A stretch of DNA of 63,950 bases, the filler included, from Octopus bimaculoides (taxonomy: Eukaryota), in the NCBI RefSeq assembly GCF_001194135.2. It is 6 parts of 6 records of this genome, joined end to end, with 100 filler letters (N's around TTAATTAATTAA, not from the genome) between each part and the next. Parts side by side here need not be neighbours in the genome. Positions count along the whole stretch, not along the records: positions 61,298 to 62,842 come from NC_068988.1; positions 62,943 to 63,950 come from NW_026337657.1; 4 more parts are not named here. One strand, written 5' to 3'. The notes below the pieces were generated by a model, which was not told where the DNA came from, did not search any database, and worked only from the letters and a program-made list of their open reading frames with translations. This document shows positions 61,298 through 63,950 of the stretch, piece after piece; the stretch's first letter is position 1; every line of letters begins with the position of its first letter. A program made the translations under genes and the position numbers.

Positions 61298-62842
61298 AGC
61301 AGCACCATAGTCAACTGCTACAAAAGTGAAGGTGACAGTTTAGACACAAACAATTACAGAGGTATCAAGTTGTTGGACCAGGTAATGAAGGTCACAGAGA
61401 GGGTCATAGCCCAACTAATTAGGGAGAGAGTCAGTTTAGATGAGATGCAGTTTGGGTTCGTGCCCGGGAAAAGCACCACTGATGCTATATTTCTGGTAAG
61501 ACAGCTTCAGGAGAAATACCTAGCCAAAGATAAACCTCTGTACCTGGCTTTCATTGACATGGAGAAAGCCTTTGACAGGGTCCCCAGCTCCCTTATTGGG
61601 TGGTCAATGAGGAAATTAGGGATAGATGAGTGGTTAGTGAGAGCTGTGTAAGCCATGTATAGGGACGCTGTCAGTAAGGTGAGGGTTGGCAACGAGTACA
61701 GTAAAGAATTCCCGGTAGAGGTAGGGGTCCACCAAGGTTCTGTCCTCAGCCCCCTCCTATTTATCATAGTCCTCCAGGCAATAACACAGGAATTCAAGAC
61801 AGGATGCCCCTGGGAGCTCTGCTGATGACCTTGCCCTAATTGCTGAGTCACTATCAGAACTAGAGGAGAAGTTTCAAGTGTGGAAGCAAGGACTAGAATT
61901 GAAGGGCCTTAGAGTCAACCTAGCTAAAACGAAAGTCCTAATAAGTAGGAAGGTAGACAAAACACAAACCCCTTCAGGTAAATGGCCCTGCTTGATCTGG
62001 AGAAAAGGCATAGGTAGAAACTCCATAAGATGTACCCAGTGGAAGCTATGGACACATAAGAGGTGCAGCAATATCAAAGAAAGGCTAACTAGCAAGATAG
62101 TTTTTGCATGTGGCAGATGCTCAGGAGCAATAAACACTGAAAATGTGCAGAAAACAACCTTTGCCACACTCTAGGGAGTAAAACTAGAAGTAGTTGATAG
62201 CTTCCGCTACCTAGGTGACCAAGTTTGTAGTGGCAGAGGGTGCGCTGAAAGTGTAGCTACTAGAATAAGAATAGCCTGGGCAAAGTTCAGAGAGCTCTTA
62301 TCTCTGCTGGTGACAAAGGGCCCCTCATTCAGAGTAAAAGGCAAACTGTATAACGCATGTGTACGAACCGCCATGCTACATGGCAGTGAAACATGGGCTG
62401 TGACTGCTGAGGACATGTGTAAACTCACAAGAAACAAAGCCAGTATGCTCCGATGGATGTGTAATGTCAGTGTGCATACTCGACAGAGTGTAAGTACCCT
62501 GAGAGAAAAGTTGGACCTAAGAAGCATCAGGTGTGGTGTGCAAGAGAGACGATTGCGCTGGTATGGACATGTGGCAAGAATGGATGAGGATAGCTGTGTG
62601 AAAAAGTGCTACACCCTAGCGGTTGAGGGAACCTGTGGAAGAGGTATACCCAGGAAAACATGGGATGAAGTGGTGAAGCACGACCTTCGAACATTAGGCC
62701 TCACCGAGGCAATGACCAGTGACCGGGACCTTTGGAAATATGCAGTACATGAGAAGACCCGGCAAGCCAAGTGAGAGCATAATCTGTGACCTCTGCCAGA
62801 AGTGTAGCCAGCTCACTTATTCGTATCTTTACTTCATTGGAC
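61298..62842 (+). mobile_element. RTE-clade LINE, decayed 3' 1.5 kb (RT domain through C-terminus and start of 3' UTR)
   Basis: QFGFVPGKSTTDAIF, FIDMEKAFDRVP, GVHQGSVLSPLLF, GCPWEL-(5-nt deletion removing Y)-ADD at 61802-61829, VDSFRYLG, LRWYGHVARMDED; stops at 61649 and 62172; ORF ends 62774. Confidence 0.95.
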
Positions 62843-63222
62843 NNNNNNNNNNNNNNNNNNNNNNNNNNNNNNNNNNNNNNNNNNNNTTAATTAATTAANN
62901 NNNNNNNNNNNNNNNNNNNNNNNNNNNNNNNNNNNNNNNNNNTTAGTGATTAAAAGCTAAACAGATCCACAGACATAAGATGATCTGAAAAAAGAAAAAG
63001 GAAGGAAAAAGACACTATGACCAGTTAGAGATTCAAACAAGTACAACATGCACACACACAGTAATGATCTTCTAATCATTATCACCAACAAAAGGTGACA
63101 GCTTATTGGAAATTTCACAGAAACAATAAGGTAATACAGGAAGATGTCATACCATTCATATCATGACTTAGCATAGCAGTATCATCATCAATTGCTACAA
63201 GGATGAAGTAGATGAATTAGCA

Positions 63223-63879
63223 CAGACGTTTCTGACCTGGGGTACCTGCACCCTTGGGAGTATGGCTTGGCATTTGGTGGGGCAGTTGGAGGCATACAAA
63301 AAGGACAAGTATGTAATTTATTAAAATCACTTTTTGGAATAAAAGTAACTCTGAAAAATACTTTTTCTATTAAGCACACATTAAAAATTTTATTATTCTA
63401 CATCTGTAGATTTAACATTAAGATCAATAGTTGTGTCTTCATTTTGTTTACAACATATTTGCATGATTATGTTCTCGTTTGTCAATCAAGACAAAATCTA
63501 GGAATTGCTTGAATCCACAGTCAAACCTGTAGATCACAATCTGGAAGAAAGTTTCGTGTTTTGATAAAGTCATCAATGAGAAACAAGAATGAAGAAGTGG
63601 TTGGATTTTATGTCCACAATTGTGATTGATTTCACTGTTGTTTACATTTTTCTTCTAATTACATTTACATTTTATGTACTGAATCAAAAACTTATTTTAA
63701 GTTCAGTTTGTCCACCCATACTACAGTATGTGATTCAACTTCAGGAAAAAAAAAATAGTTATTAGAAAATTGCCTTTTCTTTTTCTATTTTCAAATGTGA
63801 AATTACTTTTGTAAGGGGTGCAAAATTTGATCAAACATTTCCTCAGGGTGCAAAGTATAAAAAAGTTTGGAAATCACTG
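63223..63879. mobile_element. Old non-autonomous hAT (Charlie-like) element
   Basis: Left cagacgtttctgacctggggtacctgcaccc and right gtttggaaatcactg resemble CAGTGxTTYCCAACC termini (9/15 mutual match); TSD not preserved. Confidence 0.4.
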
Positions 63880-63950
63880 CACTAAATAGGGGAAATTATA
63901 TAGACATTGAACTGCTGGACCAGGTTGTGAAAGCTGCCAAAAGAAATATA

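Overview
AT-rich, microsatellite-saturated eukaryotic DNA from a gappy draft assembly. The repeat families are typical of an octopod cephalopod, probably Octopus; this is inferred from recalled SINE consensuses, not from a search. The window is six sequence pieces joined by five artificial 100-bp spacers (44 N + TTAATTAATTAA + 44 N), so adjacency across those points is not guaranteed. I recognise no intact host gene, and nearly all of the ORF track is microsatellite or N read-through. Supported content: more than 20 copies of a tRNA-headed SINE with a MESC/Meta-like core; a tRNA-CORE SINE; a ~385-bp tRNA SINE with clean TSDs; decayed RTE, RTE-BovB, CR1 and R4/Dong-like LINE fragments; a hAT transposase remnant; MITEs; a Helentron-type non-autonomous element; and a 5S rRNA fragment. 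Best leads: (1) several families of minimal hammerhead-ribozyme-like motifs, one occurring twice as outward-facing inverted pairs; (2) a 5S rRNA/LINE-tail chimera; (3) a PHD-spaced Cys/His finger inside an RTE reverse transcriptase; (4) four head-to-tail R4-like 3' ends in CA/CATA microsatellite; (5) an array of 12 co-oriented ATTTGCAT octamers.
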